From assembly GCF_044324875.1 (NCBI RefSeq), contig NZ_CP172185.1: DNA of 64,000 bases, one strand, 5' to 3'. This DNA comes from Escherichia coli. Its GTDB lineage: Bacteria > Pseudomonadota > Gammaproteobacteria > Enterobacterales > Enterobacteriaceae. Of this stretch, positions 63,363-64,000 are shown one piece after another (positions within the stretch are counted from its first letter, which is position 1; each line of letters begins with the position of its first letter). The notes beneath the pieces are model-generated. The model searched no databases and had not been told where the DNA came from. It worked only from the letters and a program-made list of their open reading frames with translations. The position numbers and the translations under genes were made by a program.

Positions 63363-64000
63363 AATGGCGCATATTGTAACCCTAAATACCCCATCCAGAG
63401 AAGATTGGTTAACGCAACTTGCCGATGTTGTGACCGATCCTGATGAACTTCTGCGTCTTTTGAATATAGACGCGGACGAAAAACTGTTGGCCGGACGCAG
63501 CGCCAAAAAGCTTTTTGCCCTGCGTGTGCCCCGCTCATTTATCGATCGCATGGAGAAAGGCAATCCGGACGATCCTCTTTTGCGTCAGGTACTTACCTCG
63601 CAAGATGAGTTTGTCGTCGCGCCCGGATTCTCCACCGACCCACTGGAAGAACAGCACAGCGTAGTGCCTGGTTTGTTGCATAAATACCACAACCGGGCGC
63701 TTTTGCTGGTCAAAGGCGGCTGCGCGGTAAATTGCCGCTATTGCTTCCGTCGTCACTTCCCCTATGCCGAAAATCAGGGCAACAAGCGTAACTGGCAGAC
63801 TGCACTTGAGTATGTTGCTGCGCATCCGGAACTGGACGAGATGATTTTCTCCGGCGGCGATCCGCTGATGGCGAAAGATCACGAGCTGGACTGGTTGCTC
63901 ACACAACTGGAAGCCATCCCGCATATCAAACGTCTGCGGATTCACAGCCGTCTGCCGATTGTGATCCCGGCACGCATCACAGATGCGCTGGTTGAACGCT
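63363..64000 (+). CDS. epmB: EF-P beta-lysylation enzyme EpmB (YjeK; lysine 2,3-aminomutase-like radical SAM), 3'-truncated by the window edge
   Basis: Manual translation from the ATG at 63363: MAHIVTLNTPSREDWLTQLADVV... with radical-SAM motif CAVNCRYCFRR; no stop before the window end, which is why it is missing from the ORF track. Confidence 0.88.

Noticed and set aside
63535-63945. 136-aa minus-strand ORF
   Set aside because: Antisense to the manually identified epmB gene, whose radical-SAM motif CxxxCxxC is clear in the plus frame

Overview
This window reads as an Escherichia coli chromosomal segment, syntenic with (and inverted relative to) the K-12 efp / frdABCD / ampC ... hfq ... ula ... 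rpsF-rplI ... cycA ... ytfH region. Gene identities were assigned by reading the supplied ORF translations against remembered protein families; no database search was run. About 70 protein genes are supported, plus three tandem tRNA-Gly(GCC) genes on the minus strand and several regulatory elements visible in the sequence (NsrR operator before ytfE, ampC promoter and attenuator inside the frdD 3' end, a guanidine-II riboswitch before sugE, terminators, REP units). The entericidin genes ecnA and ecnB and the 3'-truncated epmB are real but absent from the ORF track. Two segments are not explained by K-12 core synteny as I recall it. The first is a roughly 2.8 kb AT-rich insertion between ytfE and cycA carrying two tandem paralogous secreted proteins of unknown function; this is the best candidate for an undescribed accessory system. 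The second is a roughly 1.75 kb IS200/IS605-family element between ytfB and a ytfA-like remnant, with an apparently intact TnpB and two subterminal hairpins sharing the loop CCCTGAAGGA. Coordinates of start codons chosen inside a longer track ORF are my inference from homologue length and signal-peptide position.
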